DNA from: Eledone cirrhosa
Taxonomy: Eukaryota
Reading direction: 5' to 3'
Assembly (NCBI GenBank): GCA_964016885.1
Contig: OZ024741.1
Coordinates: forward strand, 365,304,001-365,368,000
Length of the DNA: 64,000 nt
Shown here: piece by piece, positions 1-13,934 of the stretch
Layout of the letters: each line of letters begins with the position of its first letter
Numbering within the stretch: the stretch's first letter is position 1
Notes under the pieces: model-generated
Told to the model about the DNA's origin: nothing
Database searches by the model: none
The model's input: only the letters and a program-made list of their open reading frames with translations
Translations under genes and position numbers: made by a program

Positions 1-897
1 GTAGCAATTTATTTGTGCCCCCAGCTGGGCTCTTTTAGTTTAAGGATGGTTAGAATTTTTTAATTTAATATCTATGTATAACTTTTCAATTCCAATTACT
101 TGCGCCAAGTTAAATTTGATATGTAAAATTGGGGGATTTGCTGTGTATTCTAATTTAGTGTTATGAAATCCCCCCCCCCCAAAAAAAAACCCCCCTGAAG
201 TGCCCCAGGCTCACCAAGGTCTAAATTTAACCCAGTTTACCACATGCACTTTTCTGTTCCTTAAAAATACTCTCCCTATAAAGATGTAAAACCATATATG
301 TTTTCACACTTTCACTGTGTTTGGAAGCCATAAATAGTGATGAATATTAGTAAAATAGGATAAGAATGTTCGCAATTCACCAGCTGTTTATACCTAGGTA
401 TGTAGATGATAGTAAATGAAACACAGGGCCACCTATGACCACCTAATAAACTCCTAGTTTAGTGGATGCATAAGAGTATGTTCGAATTTAAAGATGTGCC
501 GAGTTATCTGTTGTTGAATAACAATAACAACAATAAACATGAAACTTATAGAAGGGTTTTAGTGCAAAACATTGATTCTATAAATGTTTGATTGAAAAGT
601 AGGAAATATTTAGTGACCAGCCAAGGAAATATAAAACTGAAAACCATGTTAAAACGAGCAACAGCATCTTCAAATCAGGCCTCAATATATTGAAATAAAA
701 AAGGATATAGTCAGGAATGTAGTTCAAGATGCTGTTGCAAAGACAATATGGTCCTGATTGGCTGATATATTTTTCTAGATCAAGGTCAACTTGTGAAGAA
801 GAAGAAGAAGAAGAAGAAGAAGAAGAGCTACAACAACGACGACGATGAATCTCGACGATGCTGACAATAGTGATAATAGTTTTTAAGTTGTGCTCCA

Positions 898-1335
898 GAA
901 AGGTTGTAGACTGGTAAAATTAGTGAAGTGTCGGATAAATGCTATTGCATTATTTGTTCTGTCTCAGGGCGGTGGTTCGGCAGTATCGGTAGAGGGTAAG
1001 ACGCCATGCTTTTCAGCATTGAGTTATGGCCCTTTACGGTCTGAGTTCAAATCCCATCGAGATTATCTTTGCCTTTCATCCCTATTGGGTCGATAAAATA
1101 AAGTACCAGTTACGCAATGGGGTCGATTTAATCGACTTTCCCCTCCTCCCAAATTACTAGCCTTGTGCTTATAGTAGAAACCATTATTTGTTCTGGCTCT
1201 TTACATTCTGATTTCAAGTTCCTCCGAATTCAACCTTGTCTTTCATCATTCTGGGGTCGATGAAATATAGTACTGGTGTTTATTTAATCAACTTTGCTCC
1301 AAACTTTGCAGGAAGTGTGCCTAAATTAGAAATCT
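898..1335 (+). mobile_element. Old degenerate tRNA-derived SINE interrupted by a younger SINE
   Basis: Decayed head at ~898-948. The body resumes at ~1200 with a decayed B-box, the 'ctttcatcattctggggtcgatgaaat' core and a 3' end 'gtgcctaaattagaaatc'. Confidence 0.6.
967..1182 (+). mobile_element. tRNA-derived SINE with 17-bp TSD
   Basis: Starts GGGCGGTGG; A-box-like GGCAGTATCGG; B-box GAGTTCAAATCCC; core GCCTTTCATCC...GGGTCGATAAAATAAAGTACCAG (resembles the Meta-SINE domain, from memory); ends CCTTGTGCTTATAGTAGAAACC. TSD attatttgttctgKctc at 949-965 and 1183-1199. Confidence 0.9.
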
Positions 1336-1344
1336 ATTTATGCA

Positions 1345-1770
1345 AATGTACAACATTTTATGGGACAGGAAAGTCGATTAAATCGATCCTTTTACTTAAC
1401 CGGGGCTATATTTTGTAGATCCTGGAAGGATGAAAGACAAAATTAACCTTGGTGGGATTCGGTCTCAAAAAGTAAAGAACCGGAAATATTACCCGCGAGT
1501 ACTTTTTTCGATGTTCTATCTATTCTGCCAACCCTTCACTCCAATGGCAACAGTAATAAAGGTTTCTGATTGATGCATACGGCTGATAATTTAGGGGAAC
1601 CCAAAATTCAATCACGTTCTCACTATTTCAATATTTTATCGCCTCCTGGAAAAATAAAAGACAAATTTTAATTCTCTGGGATTTAAACTCAGAACGTAAA
1701 GAGATGGAACAAATATCATGAAATAATTTGTCCAACGCTCTAATGATTTTTCCTATTCACCACTCTAACG
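1345..1770 (-). mobile_element. Two decayed SINE copies of the same superfamily
   Basis: Reverse-complement remnants of the core and B-box (ggatgaaagacaaaattaacc..., gggatttaaactcagaacgtaaag). Confidence 0.55.
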
Positions 1771-3182
1771 AGCACAGTAACAACATTATCAATATTGGTA
1801 CAGACAAAGGAACTCCACTTTATCAAGTTACGGTTTTATAGTTCCATTCAGCTTCCGAAATCTTATAACGTGTGGAAATGGCATTAATACACAATGTATT
1901 GTATTTGGTATATTTATTAATGATTATAAGGTAATGCCACAATTATTATCTGAGAAACAAAACAACCCGTAAATGCTGAAATAACATACTGCAACTCATT
2001 CTTATCTTAGACTTCCTTTCATACACCATTGTTCAATGCCTCTAAACATCCTACACAGAGCCATTTCAACATTCTTACTACAGAATTTATTGCGTTTATA
2101 TAGGCTATACAGAGAACGGTTAATATAACATTTTATTTTCACTGGAATACTATCAATTCTAGACTGTCCAATTGGGTTAAATTACAAAATGATCTTACTA
2201 TATGATAAATCTAAATTTATTCTTGTTTCTATGCCCAAACATTGACAGATTCATTTCCTGAGTTGTAACTTGTCAAATAAAGCTAGTCACACTTCACCTG
2301 CGCTTTCAATTGTTTAATTTCTAATGCACATTTCAGTCACATCATATAGAACAGTCGTGGGAAATCTCAGACCCGTTTGGCTTTCTGAATGGTACGCTTA
2401 ATTTCAAAATTGCCTTGAATATTTTAGTCTTATGATGAGCCACATCCTATGCAGCCTCCTGCTCGAAAGGGTTTATCCATGCCTGGTATATAACATTCCA
2501 TTATAAATGATTGTTAAAATATAAATTCATATAACTGAAAAGCAACTAATATTATATTTGCAGTTATATATTCTAAAATGTAGGTGGCATATTCGTATAG
2601 TTAATAAGTTCAATTCTTAACTCCTTTGTACCAGATAGAAGGCAGGGGCGTGACCGCTTTGTCAAGTCTATTCTACTGCAGTCTTGGGTTGTCAAAGAGC
2701 TAGTATTTAATTTCTAATTCACAATATGTCAGACTTATTCTTATCATTTCTATAGAATGTTTCATCACATATGATTGCAAATTACATATACGTACAGCGC
2801 TGGATTAAAAATGCCTTCAAATTTGTTCCGGGTCACTGAACTCTGAATTCAAATCCCATCGAGAGCAACTTAGATTTTCATCCTTTCTAAATCGATAAAT
2901 AAAGTACCAATCCTGAACTGGGTGTTGATTCTTGCTTTCTTTTTCCGACTTGAAGAAGGATGGGCTCCGCCAGGTTTTCATATGCAGACGACATGCATCA
3001 GACGACACCACCAACTGTTAAGTGTCAACAAGTAAAGAGAACATATGTAAAGAACCGGTGGTGTTTATCTATAATTATCTTTTATGAAGGACATGCGGTA
3101 GAGTCGTATGTTTTAAGTCAATCGTGCAGCACATTCTGCAAATATATTCTTCAGTCTCGGGGTAATTAGAACCTTGTGCTGC

Positions 3183-3597
<415 letters not shown>

Positions 3598-3701
3598 CGC
3601 GAGTGTGATTGTATGTAGGTAAATAACAAAAAATGACAAAACAAATGCCACATTATATGGAAGAGATATGTTAGTTTAACGCTTGAACTAGCAGGAAGAG
3701 C

Positions 3702-3739
3702 ATCTTAACGTTTCGGACACTAGTCCTTCATCAGAAGAT
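3702..3739 (-). ncRNA. Minimal type I hammerhead ribozyme motif (Penelope-like-element type)
   Basis: Minus strand reads ATCTT-CTGATGA-A-GGAC-TAGT-GTCC-GAA-ACGT-T-AAGAT: helix I ATCTT/AAGAT, helix II GGAC/GTCC, palindromic helix III ACGT, predicted cleavage after GUU. Confidence 0.75.
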
Positions 3740-3915
3740 AGAGTTAGAAATGGAGGATAAATTGAAAGTAAAGAATGATGAAAGGAAGGAACAGGGAAAA
3801 TTAGGAAAAAAATATTTGCGAGAAAAAAAACCACGTTCGTATACAATCGGCAATCTTGGATATCTCTCTCTATATATATATTTATATGTTTGTGTATACA
3901 TACATACAACCATCC

Positions 3916-4029
<114 letters not shown>

Positions 4030-4030
4030 T

Positions 4031-5150
4031 ATCAACTAGAAATAGATTGACATATATATATATATAAAATAAATACATGAAACAATCACAGGGAATAATT
4101 TGTAAAGAATGTAAGCACACATAGCTAGGTAGGTAACTAATTAAAGTTTGACTAGAACTTCAAATATAGATACCTTTTAAAGTGATTAATCTCCTTTGTA
4201 TATATTTCTTTAAGTAAGAAATATATTTCACCTATTAATCCGTAAATCACAGCAGTTAAATTCTTGGATGTTCACCAAAGGAGAAGAAAATAACCTTCTG
4301 TGTTTACACAGCAAATCTGTGAATGATTCGAATCACGTTTTGCATTTTTTTAAAAATACACTCGTTGAACAACGTCATCCCAGTGGCGTGAATAGGACCA
4401 TCGACAGCCAGAAATAGCAGCCGAACTGAATTAACTCAACAATCAAGCTCACATATCCACCGTAGAATAAGCTCAAAGATTAGATCCGAGCATTACATAT
4501 CAACTATCTATTTCTAGTTGATATGTAATGCTCGGATCTTATCTTTGAGCTTATTCTACGGTGGATATGGCGCATGTCTTTCAGACATGACAACCCTTAA
4601 TTTTAATTTTGGATATATATACGGCCCCTTGATTGTTGAGTTAATTCAGTTGAATAGGCTCGGCTGCTATTTCTGGCTGTCGATGGTCCTATTCACGCCA
4701 CTGGGATGACGTTGTTCAACGAGTGTATTTTTAAAAAATGCAAAACGTGATTCGAATCATTCACAGATTTGCTGTGTAAACACAGAAGGTTATTTTCTTC
4801 TCCTTTGGTGAACATCCAAGAATTTAACTGCTGTGATTTACGGATTAATAGGTGAAATATATTTCTTACTTAAAGAAATATATACAAAGGAGATTAATCA
4901 CTTTAAAAGGTATCTATATTTGAAGTTCTAGTCAAACTTTAATTAGTTACCTACCTAGCTATGTGTGCTTACATTCTTTACAAATTATTCCCTGTGATCG
5001 TTTCATGTATTTATTTTATATATATGTCAATCTATTTCTAGTTGATATATAATGCTCAGATCTAATCTTTCAGATCTAATCTTATTCTACGGTGGATATG
5101 GAGCATGTCTCTCAGATATGACAACCCTTAATTTTAACTTGGTATATATA
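4031..5150. repeat. ~1.1 kb imperfect palindrome made from a dispersed repeat
   Basis: 4031-4446 is the reverse complement of ~4628-5047. The inner arms 4451-4506 and ~4515-4570 are also inverted. The same family recurs at 40105-40272. Confidence 0.9.
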
Positions 5151-5261
5151 TATATGATATGAAATGTTTATTTACAAGTACCATAAACTACGTTGCACAT
5201 AAATGCTATGAATTACTAAATAAAAATACTACAAATCTTTCTTTTTCGACATCTATTTTAA

Positions 5262-5314
<53 letters not shown>

Positions 5315-5353
5315 AATACACACACACACACCACACACATATATATATATATT

Positions 5354-5391
<38 letters not shown>

Positions 5392-5759
5392 AGTGTGTGT
5401 GTTTATTGATGTCAATCTTTGGGTATATTCGTATACACGAGTGCGTCATGTTCCATCTATTTATATATAAGAGTAAATAAGCGACTGGATAATTAGATAT
5501 GAAACTGATAATTAGCATACAGAGAACATATGATCTGCGAAAACATTTGAAAGCGATGCCTCAGCGTGATCGGTGTCCAGTATCTGAACAATCTAAAAGT
5601 TTATGTAGCTACGCACCGCAAGAACTGTGGGATGCCACATTAGTGTTGTGGCTATTGACTCAGATCAACCTATATCATTTCTTTAGCCCCTGGTTTCGAG
5701 TATAGTTTAACTGTGATAATCTTATCTAATTTTGAGACATTGTATATTTACATATGGGA

Positions 5760-6020
5760 ACGTAACGTCGCTTAATATTTAGAATATTGGTCTCGGGATC
5801 CTAAAGTCGTACGCTCGATTCCCAGCGGCGCATTGTGTCCATGAGCGGGCACTTTATTTCATGCTGTTCCAATCCACTCAGCTAGAAAAATGAATTGTAC
5901 GAATTGTACATGTAATTCACTGAATTGCCCTGGTAACTATCTTAATGTTACACGTGCCTGTGGAATGCATAGCCACTTGCACTTTGATTTTACGAGCAGG
6001 TTTTTCCGTTGCTGGAACAG
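5760..6020 (+). mobile_element. Decayed CORE-type tRNA-derived SINE
   Basis: B-box remnant 'gctcgattccc' followed by CORE-like 'ttgtgtccatgagcgggcacttt...tccactcagct'. A related remnant lies at ~44540-44740. Confidence 0.45.
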
Positions 6021-6852
6021 TTTTAATATCTACATATCTAGGTATTAAATAATTCAATGTATCATTTCTTATGCTTATATAATTCAGCAGCATTGTAACC
6101 AGGCCTAAGAATGAGATTTTGCCTATTCTTTGACATACACAATACATATTATACTCCTTTAACAATGGCGTTTAGAAGAAATCTATAGGTACTTTATGAA
6201 TACAATGGGTATGAGAGGTTTCAGCTGATTCAATTGAATAACAATTATATATTCCTTCAGAAGGTGCAATACTCAACTGTGAATGATTATGAATATTTAA
6301 ACGTTTAACACTTCAAGGTTAATGATATGTCATAATATACTTCACAGAATTATAATTGCAATAGTATGGAGATATCCATTTGTGTTCTAGCCCAAGTTAT
6401 AAACATAAATATTAAATTACATTATTTCTATTACATTCCTAATAACTCCTAATGCATATTACTGAAGTAATTAAGCTGTGTGTAAAATATTCTTATTAAA
6501 TATTTCTGACACTACGTGTTTTCCCCTTTGCTTAGGCTCGAAAGTGGATTAAGTTTTATACTTAAACCAAATTCAAATATTTCTATGACTTACCAGTTAT
6601 ATTTTTAACTACGTTACAAGATGTAAGTAAAGTACGCAACTTGATATGTAGTTTCAGAATTGTAATGAAATCGAATTTACAACTCACACATATTCAAGAT
6701 TAGCTGGCCTCCTACGAAGTTACATTTCACACGAGGTTCCGCACATACTTTAATAATAGTGGCCCCTGTCCTATCATGAAAGATAATCTATAATGAAGCG
6801 CCTTGCTCAACAACACATATACCTAATTAAATCTGGAGGGTCTCAGTTACAC

Positions 6853-6915
<63 letters not shown>

Positions 6916-8244
6916 CTTTCTCTCTCTCCCTCTCTCTCTCTCTCTTTGTGTGTGTATATATATATATATATGGTGTGATTCGAAGTAGAACAGAAACTAG
7001 TCGAATTGTTTGAGGCGGTCACAGAGTACTCGATGATGCGAAAAGTTAATACATTGTCGCCCAGAGCAAACACAAAGTTAAGAAAGTGTAAACACCATGT
7101 ATAAGGCTACCACTTGTATGTGGCCATAGGTTATAACCACAACAACGATAAATACAAACAGGTAGGAAACTAATCTGGGTAATCTTGAATAGATAAGAAT
7201 CGATATAAATCGATAAAGATCTTCGATAGTTTCATGGGGACTCCGGAAAGAACCCCACTAGTTGCGCAATACATATATATATATAAGTCGTAAGTGCACC
7301 TAGCTATGTTTTAGTAGTGGAACCGGAGATACTTCCCGCGCTGGTGTTATATAAGAAATAAAAAAATTGGGTATAATACCAGTTTCTTATCAATTGACAA
7401 GAAGCTCAAAATATTAACCACTTATAGAATATTACAGAGCATAAAATCTTTGAAATCAATTGACAACAAAGGAGTTATTTCAAATCATTTAATTAATGTC
7501 TACATGCATTTGTACTCCAATATTAGCTCATAATACTAAAGCACCGTCAAGGCCTTAATTCGGGATTTGGATGGTGAGAGTCCCAAAGAAATACAATCTA
7601 GTAAAGAAATCAAAGAGGGTTTTTGAAGATATTTTAAATCAAACAAAAAAAAACAGACATTTATTTTATCTCAGGGGACACACAAACAAATCAGTTACTT
7701 ATTTGTGCTAAATTGGCTTCAATTTCTTTCGACAACAAGAAATGAAGATCTTGAAGATATTTTTTAAAAGAAAAATGTCATTTTTCTCCTGAGAGACATA
7801 TGTATTATAGTTGATTAATTATTGATAAAAGTCTTGATTCTTTTTGGCAGCAAGCGATTAGTTATTAATAGAAATTAAAAATATAGTTTAAATTAGATAG
7901 GAATAATAAATGCATGCTTGCTTATTACAATATCCATCTATCATTCAATGTTTTAAGAAATATTTGTATGGCGTTAATTCTGGTCTGCAGACGGCTTTGC
8001 ACGACCAATTATATTTTGCGGCGGTGTTATAATTTATTACGTTGTCTATAAAAATATATCCTAAAACACACCACAGTATTCGGTTATAAATTTAGTCACG
8101 AGTGTAGAATGATAGTGAATTATGATATAAAAGCGTATTGTTTTAAGTACAAATTACTTTGAAGTATCAGATAAATTAGAAGTAGAAACCATATACAAAT
8201 GTATCTTAAGATATGAAATGCATTAAAAGGACTTCACAAAACAT

Positions 8245-8332
<88 letters not shown>

Positions 8333-8468
8333 GGATTATATTACAAGTTGACGTAACTTCTAACGATCAGCGGCTTTTAGACTCACCTGATTAAAGAAAC
8401 AATCGTTTATACTATCGTACATCCGACCATATTATTCTTCATTCTTTTACTCTCTCTCTCTCTCTCCC

Positions 8469-8511
<43 letters not shown>

Positions 8512-8928
8512 CACTTTCTCTCGACTGACCTCGCACTTCCACTCACTCACTCTCTGTTTCTCCCCTTCTCACTTCCCCCCGTTTGGCTAGTAGTGGGTTC
8601 TCTTCTTGCTCACATCTCACTCACGTCGGACGGTCTGTATCTTGATCGCTCATGAAATCCACCCAGGTAATGCTGACCGGATAACCATGTTGCTTGTTTA
8701 TTCCCATCTTTGTGATGCTTTCATCCTTCTATGTTGTTTACTTGTCTCACTCGCTTTACGCGATTTACTTGTCCCAATAGCTTTTTTTAGTTATTGCTAG
8801 CACCAACCGGAGGTATATGATTTTTAATGCGATGAAATACCAATGATGGTTGGCAAATCACTGACGAAGGACTAATTTTATCATATGTAACCCATGTGCA
8901 ACCACGCAGTATTCTTCTTTCTTCTCAT

Positions 8929-8975
<47 letters not shown>

Positions 8976-9561
8976 GACAGATGAAAAAAAAATCAGTCAT
9001 CTTGAACTTATCAACGTGTGCGAGAAATTGCCGCGTCTGAAAGTCTGAACGTTGCCTTTCCTGAATAGCTTCACCCAAGAATTGTATTTCAAGTGTAGCT
9101 GATAGTAGAATTTAATCATGATGTGTCAGTTTATTAAGAATACCAATTTGTTTCCTGAACATTTGAAGATAGCAATTTCATTTTCACTTGTGATATTATT
9201 TTTTTCATATATATTATAATACTTTTTCCATTATTATAACATTTTCCCGCATTTCTTCATATTTTTCTTCTATTACATGCTCTCTCGGTTCCATCTTTAC
9301 TGTTTTATAGAAATGACGTCTCTATTCATACAATTAAGCCATCGCATATATATTTTTTGTTATTTTGTCTCTTCAACAAAAGAAGTAGTAATTGAGTGAT
9401 AACGAGTGCTAATGGTAAAGCAGAATCACGCTCTTATTTATTACATGCTAGTTATGTCCTTTTATTTTCTTTTATCTTAACTCAATTTACTTGTTTATTT
9501 CTTCTTTGCTTTGCATTGTGTTTTATTCATAAAATATTATCATTATTACTATTAATAATAA

Positions 9562-9748
9562 GGGCGGTGGATTGGCAGTATCGGTAGAGGGTCGGACGCC
9601 ATGCTTTGACGTATAGAGTTACGGCCCTTGCCATTCTGAGTTCAAATCCCGCCGAGGTTAACTTTGCCTTTCATCCTTACGGGGTCGATAAAATAAAGTA
9701 CCAGTAATGCACTGGGTAATTGCTGGCCTTGTGCCAAAAGTAGAAACA
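9562..9748 (+). mobile_element. Young tRNA-derived SINE with 19-bp TSD
   Basis: A and B boxes and core are intact; ends CCTTGTGCCAAAAGTAGAAACA. TSD attattactattaataata at 9542-9560 and 9749-9767. Confidence 0.92.
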
Positions 9749-9797
9749 ATTATTACTATTAATAATACTACTAATATTATTATTATTATTATTATGC

Positions 9798-9887
<90 letters not shown>

Positions 9888-9888
9888 T
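9749..9888. repeat. (ATT)n abutting (AAT)n microsatellite; left edge of the retrotransposon nest
   Basis: Polarity switches at 9850/9851. Confidence 0.95.
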
Positions 9889-10253
9889 ATTTTAGGATAC
9901 AGACGGACAACAAATTAGAACACAATAGGCCTGACGTGGTGGTTTTGGACAAGGAAAATGATCGTGCCTGATTGTAGATGTAGCCTGCCCATTTGACACG
10001 AGAGTGCAAGAAAAAGAGAGGGAGAAAATAAACCGATACCAGGACTTAAATTGGGAGGTAAAAAGTATTTGGAACTGCCATGAAGTCAGAGTCGTCCCGA
10101 TTGTCATAGGCGCACTTGTCAAAGAGTTTCCAAGGATGGTTAAATAAAGTTAGTCCAGCCCCACTTTTTGGAACACTTCAAAAGGTAGTGGCTTGATGTT
10201 CATTTCAACAAACTTTCCAGTTAAATAACATCAATGACTGAGACTCAGAGAAC
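9889..10253 (+). mobile_element. 5'-truncated 3' fragment of a Dong/R4 LINE
   Basis: Colinear with ~24383-24820 (RPDVV..IVDVACPFD..EKINRY and the 3'UTR), with an internal deletion of ~58 bp. Flanked by (AAT)n. Confidence 0.9.
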
Positions 10254-10529
10254 AATAATAATAAAAATAATGATTTCATTTATTGGCCACAAGGGCCGAC
10301 ATATAGGGGACAATACAATTGACTGGGACAGTGGGGTTTTACAGAAAAATCCAGTAAACAATATGAATCACAATAACAAAGTAACAAGAAAATTACAACA
10401 AGAAAACATTCCCCAATAGGGGGGATGACCACCCAGGGTTCGCTCAGGTACCCCACCAATCCTGAACGACCCAACGCTTCGAGAGCACCCTGGAAGGGCA
10501 CCCCTCTCCTCCTCAAATTTACCTCCCTA

Positions 10530-13500
10530 CAGTCGCATGACCAGAGTAGGCCCACTCACACGGGCCATTCTCGCCACATTCACCCACCTTTCAGCAGATG
10601 TATTGGGGGGGGGGGGGCAGCACCTCTCACTCCACCCTGACCTTCCTTTCCAAGTGAAACTTGAAAAAGTTGATGAGGGATCGTCCACCATACAACCTCT
10701 TTCGCTACTGCCACCAGACAGAGGAAAATTGCCGCCCTTCCTGGCCAAAAGAAGGCGGCGGGTCGATTTTCACTATGGACTCGGCCGATAGCCGGATCCG
10801 TTCTACACGCGACAACAGCTGTTCAACATAACTCCACAAGTCAGTAATGCACGGACACTTGACGAGTGCGTGCAGAACGGTTTCGTCGCTCTGCGCGCAT
10901 CTTGGGCAAGTCCGTCTGACAGCTACTTCCGTGCCTGTAGAGTTTATCTCGAACCGGCAGTGCCCCCCAGTAGCACTGCCAAGCGAGGGATTTTTGGAAA
11001 TTATCCATTGTCCCCGGCTCGAAAGTCCTCCAGTACAGACTAGTTAGTTCGACTTCGTTGACTCGCAGAGCCTCTCCGAGTGCACGTCGCACTTGCCCAC
11101 CACTAATCCTCTATAGAACTCGAGAGTGGAAGTTCCACTGACCGCATTTCGCGCCTCGTAGAAGGCAGTGAGTGCCTGGCAACATTCCAGATTCCAGTCA
11201 CCCTATCTCGGTCTCTTCTTGACCCAGGACTGCAGCTCAGTCAAAGAAACGAGCTGCGGAAAGGCCGGTCTGACAAACGGCGACCACACCTATTCACCGT
11301 TTAGGCAGAAATATCTGGAGATGCCGCAGCCCCAGCGCGTGCCTGCGCATTATTAGCCACGGCATGCCCAGCCATCCACGTAGAGGGTACTGGCAGCAGA
11401 TGGAGCGCTTCACCAGCGGAACCTGACCCCTCCAAAAGAATTTGAAGAGGAGCCGCTCCAAGGTGGCGAGGCGCGAACGGGGACAAGGTACGACGGTTAG
11501 ACGGTAGTAGATGACGGACGCGATGTACACGTTCGCTACCGCCCCCGACCTTTCAGTGATAGGTTCACCCCAGCCCGTTTCTGGGTGAGACTGGCTACCC
11601 TGCCCGTCTCCTCGTCCCAATTCTTATCCACCTGGAGGTCTGGCCCGAACCATACCCCGAACAACTTTACCGATCCGTCCGTCCAATGCCTAACGACGCT
11701 GTTGGACGGCATGGCCTTGCCTCACCAGGTGCCGAGTTGCAAGCCCACCGATTTTCCGGGTTAAGTTTTGCTCCCGTCAACCTTTCATATTCCTCCAATA
11801 AGTTGCCGACCACCTCGATTTCTGAGGTGTCCGACGCCATCACGGTGATGTCGTCCGCATAAGCCGACACACCCTTTCCGCGTCCCGTTTCGAGCGGGAT
11901 GCCCTGCAACAGCTCCAGCTTCCGCAGTAAAGGCTCGAGAGTCAATACGTACAGAAGGGAAGAGAGAGGGCACCCTTGACGGACCGATCGGGAGACCTGA
12001 AACGGTTCCGAGAGGTGGCCATTAATTTTGACCATCGAGCAGGTGCCGCTGTGCATTGCAGCGATCCAGCTTCTGAAGACGGGACCGAAGCCAGCCGCCT
12101 TGAGGACAGCCTCCAGGTACCGATGGTCGACCCTATCGAATGCTTTCGTTTGATCTAAATTGATCAGATCCCCACCGAAGTCAGGTTTACACCCTACCCT
12201 CTCTATGATGTATTGCATTAGGTGGAGGTTGTCGTGTTTGGACCTGGTTGGGATTGCGCAAGTTTGCGCCTCCCCAACCAAATCCCCGACGACAAGCGCC
12301 AACCTCTTCGCTAACACCCTGGCCAAAATCTTAAACTCTGTGTTGAGCGGAGTTATGGGCCTGAAATTGTCTAATGTGTCCCTCTTGTTCTCGTCTTTCC
12401 TTATCAGCGTCACTATGCTCACAGAACTGGCAATGCTCCCGTTCTGCTGCCAGTTGCAGTAGAGGGCTTCGAGGAGATTGGAGAACAAGTCTGGCATATT
12501 TATGTAAAGCTTTTGGGCAGACCATCCAAACCGGGTGACCTGCGCCTCATGCAGCCGACAAGGACATCCTAAATATCGGCTGAAGTAATTGGCCTTTCGC
12601 AGCGCCCAGCGTCAGCCGTCGAGATTTGCGGCAAGCCATCGAGGTAGGGACTGAAGTCCGCCACCATCTCTGACCCGCCACTTCCCCCGAACAACCGAGC
12701 AAAATGTTGGCGAAAGCCCTCACACATCCGCTGGAATCGCTCAGCTCGTGTCCGTCTCGGTCCGTCAAAGACCGAATCGTGGTTTTATTACCACGCTGCG
12801 TCTCTGCCACGCGGGCCCATCGAACAGCTTTGGTTCCCTGGTTTCTCAGAGCACGCGCCTTAGCTCTGACAATGCAACCTTCGTGTTTCGCATAGAAGAA
12901 ATGGTCTAATGCCATTCTCGCCGCTAGCACATCAGTTGCAATGCCACTACCGATAGCCTCGTCTAACTTATCTACCAACTCCTCCTCCTTTCTATTTTTC
13001 TCTAACGCTACTTCTTTGCTAAACTCTATCGACATTACTCTAATCTCTCTTTTGAGAGCCCCCACCATCTATTGTTGACGACTCCCCCTGTCAACTTTTT
13101 TTAAATTAAATTGTCGACCTGGTCCCTGTAAGCCTTACGGGCCGGAAATGACATGTTTAGCTTCCAGTAACCAGGTCCTAACCTACGCGTCTTATCTAGG
13201 TTGACCATACAGAAAACAAACTAGTGATCTGAATAGGCGACCGTTTCAAAGCGTGGACAGCTTACACTGTTTCTGTCTATTTTCCTCATGAATATCCTGT
13301 CTATATACGATCTAGATGACCCTAGATGCGGTTAGCCCAGCTCCACACTGGCGCATTAGGGAAATCTAGTCGGTATCTGTCAGACAGTTGGAACTGGCTG
13401 ATCCGGTTCTTCAGGCTTTTGCACCCCCCGCTCCTATCGTATACTCCCACTCAGTCCCAGCGTGCGTCTAAGATGCCGTTCCAGTCCCACGCTAACAGTA

Positions 13501-13902
13501 AAGGGCGAGACGTACCCAGAAAGGCTTCCAGGCGTCTAAAGAAGTCCGGCCGTCCTGCCCCAGTAGGAGCATAGACAGCCACCAGTCTAAAGGCACCACC
13601 TTTGTTATTGTTCAAGTCCAGGACCACCAACTTCCCGTCCGGGTCCCGGAAGATCGACCTTACCTCGAGATCCAAGCTTTTCCTAAACAGCACTGCCACC
13701 CTCCCATTCCCGGCCGGATAACAGATGCAAAGATCTGATAGTCGTCGAGAATGGAGGCTAGTGCGCGCGTGTCGAAAATCCTGGTCTCGCTGACGGCAAT
13801 TACATCCATTTCTAGAGACCTGAGGTCGTTGAGCATGTGACCCTGCTTCCAGGACGATCCCAGGCCTCGAACATTTAAACATCCTACTCTTAATAAGGCC
13901 AT
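10530..13902 (-). pseudogene. Tx1 copy 1 ORF2 (APE endonuclease, RT, zinc finger), frameshifted
   Basis: ORF pieces: MALLRVGCLNVRGL, VYAPTG..WDWN, KAFDRVDH, RQGCPLS, YADD, WQCYWGALPVRDKL. Confidence 0.9.
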
Positions 13903-13934
13903 GTTGGCAGGTTAAAAAGAGAGAGAGGAAAGGT

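Noticed and set aside
967-1060. tRNA gene calls at SINE heads
   Set aside because: A and B boxes are present, but there is no full cloverleaf and they continue into SINE body sequence.
8358-8410. Further hammerhead-like remnants (also CTGACGAAGG at 8861 and ~46455-46497)
   Set aside because: The core is mutated or the helices are missing; at best these are dead relics.
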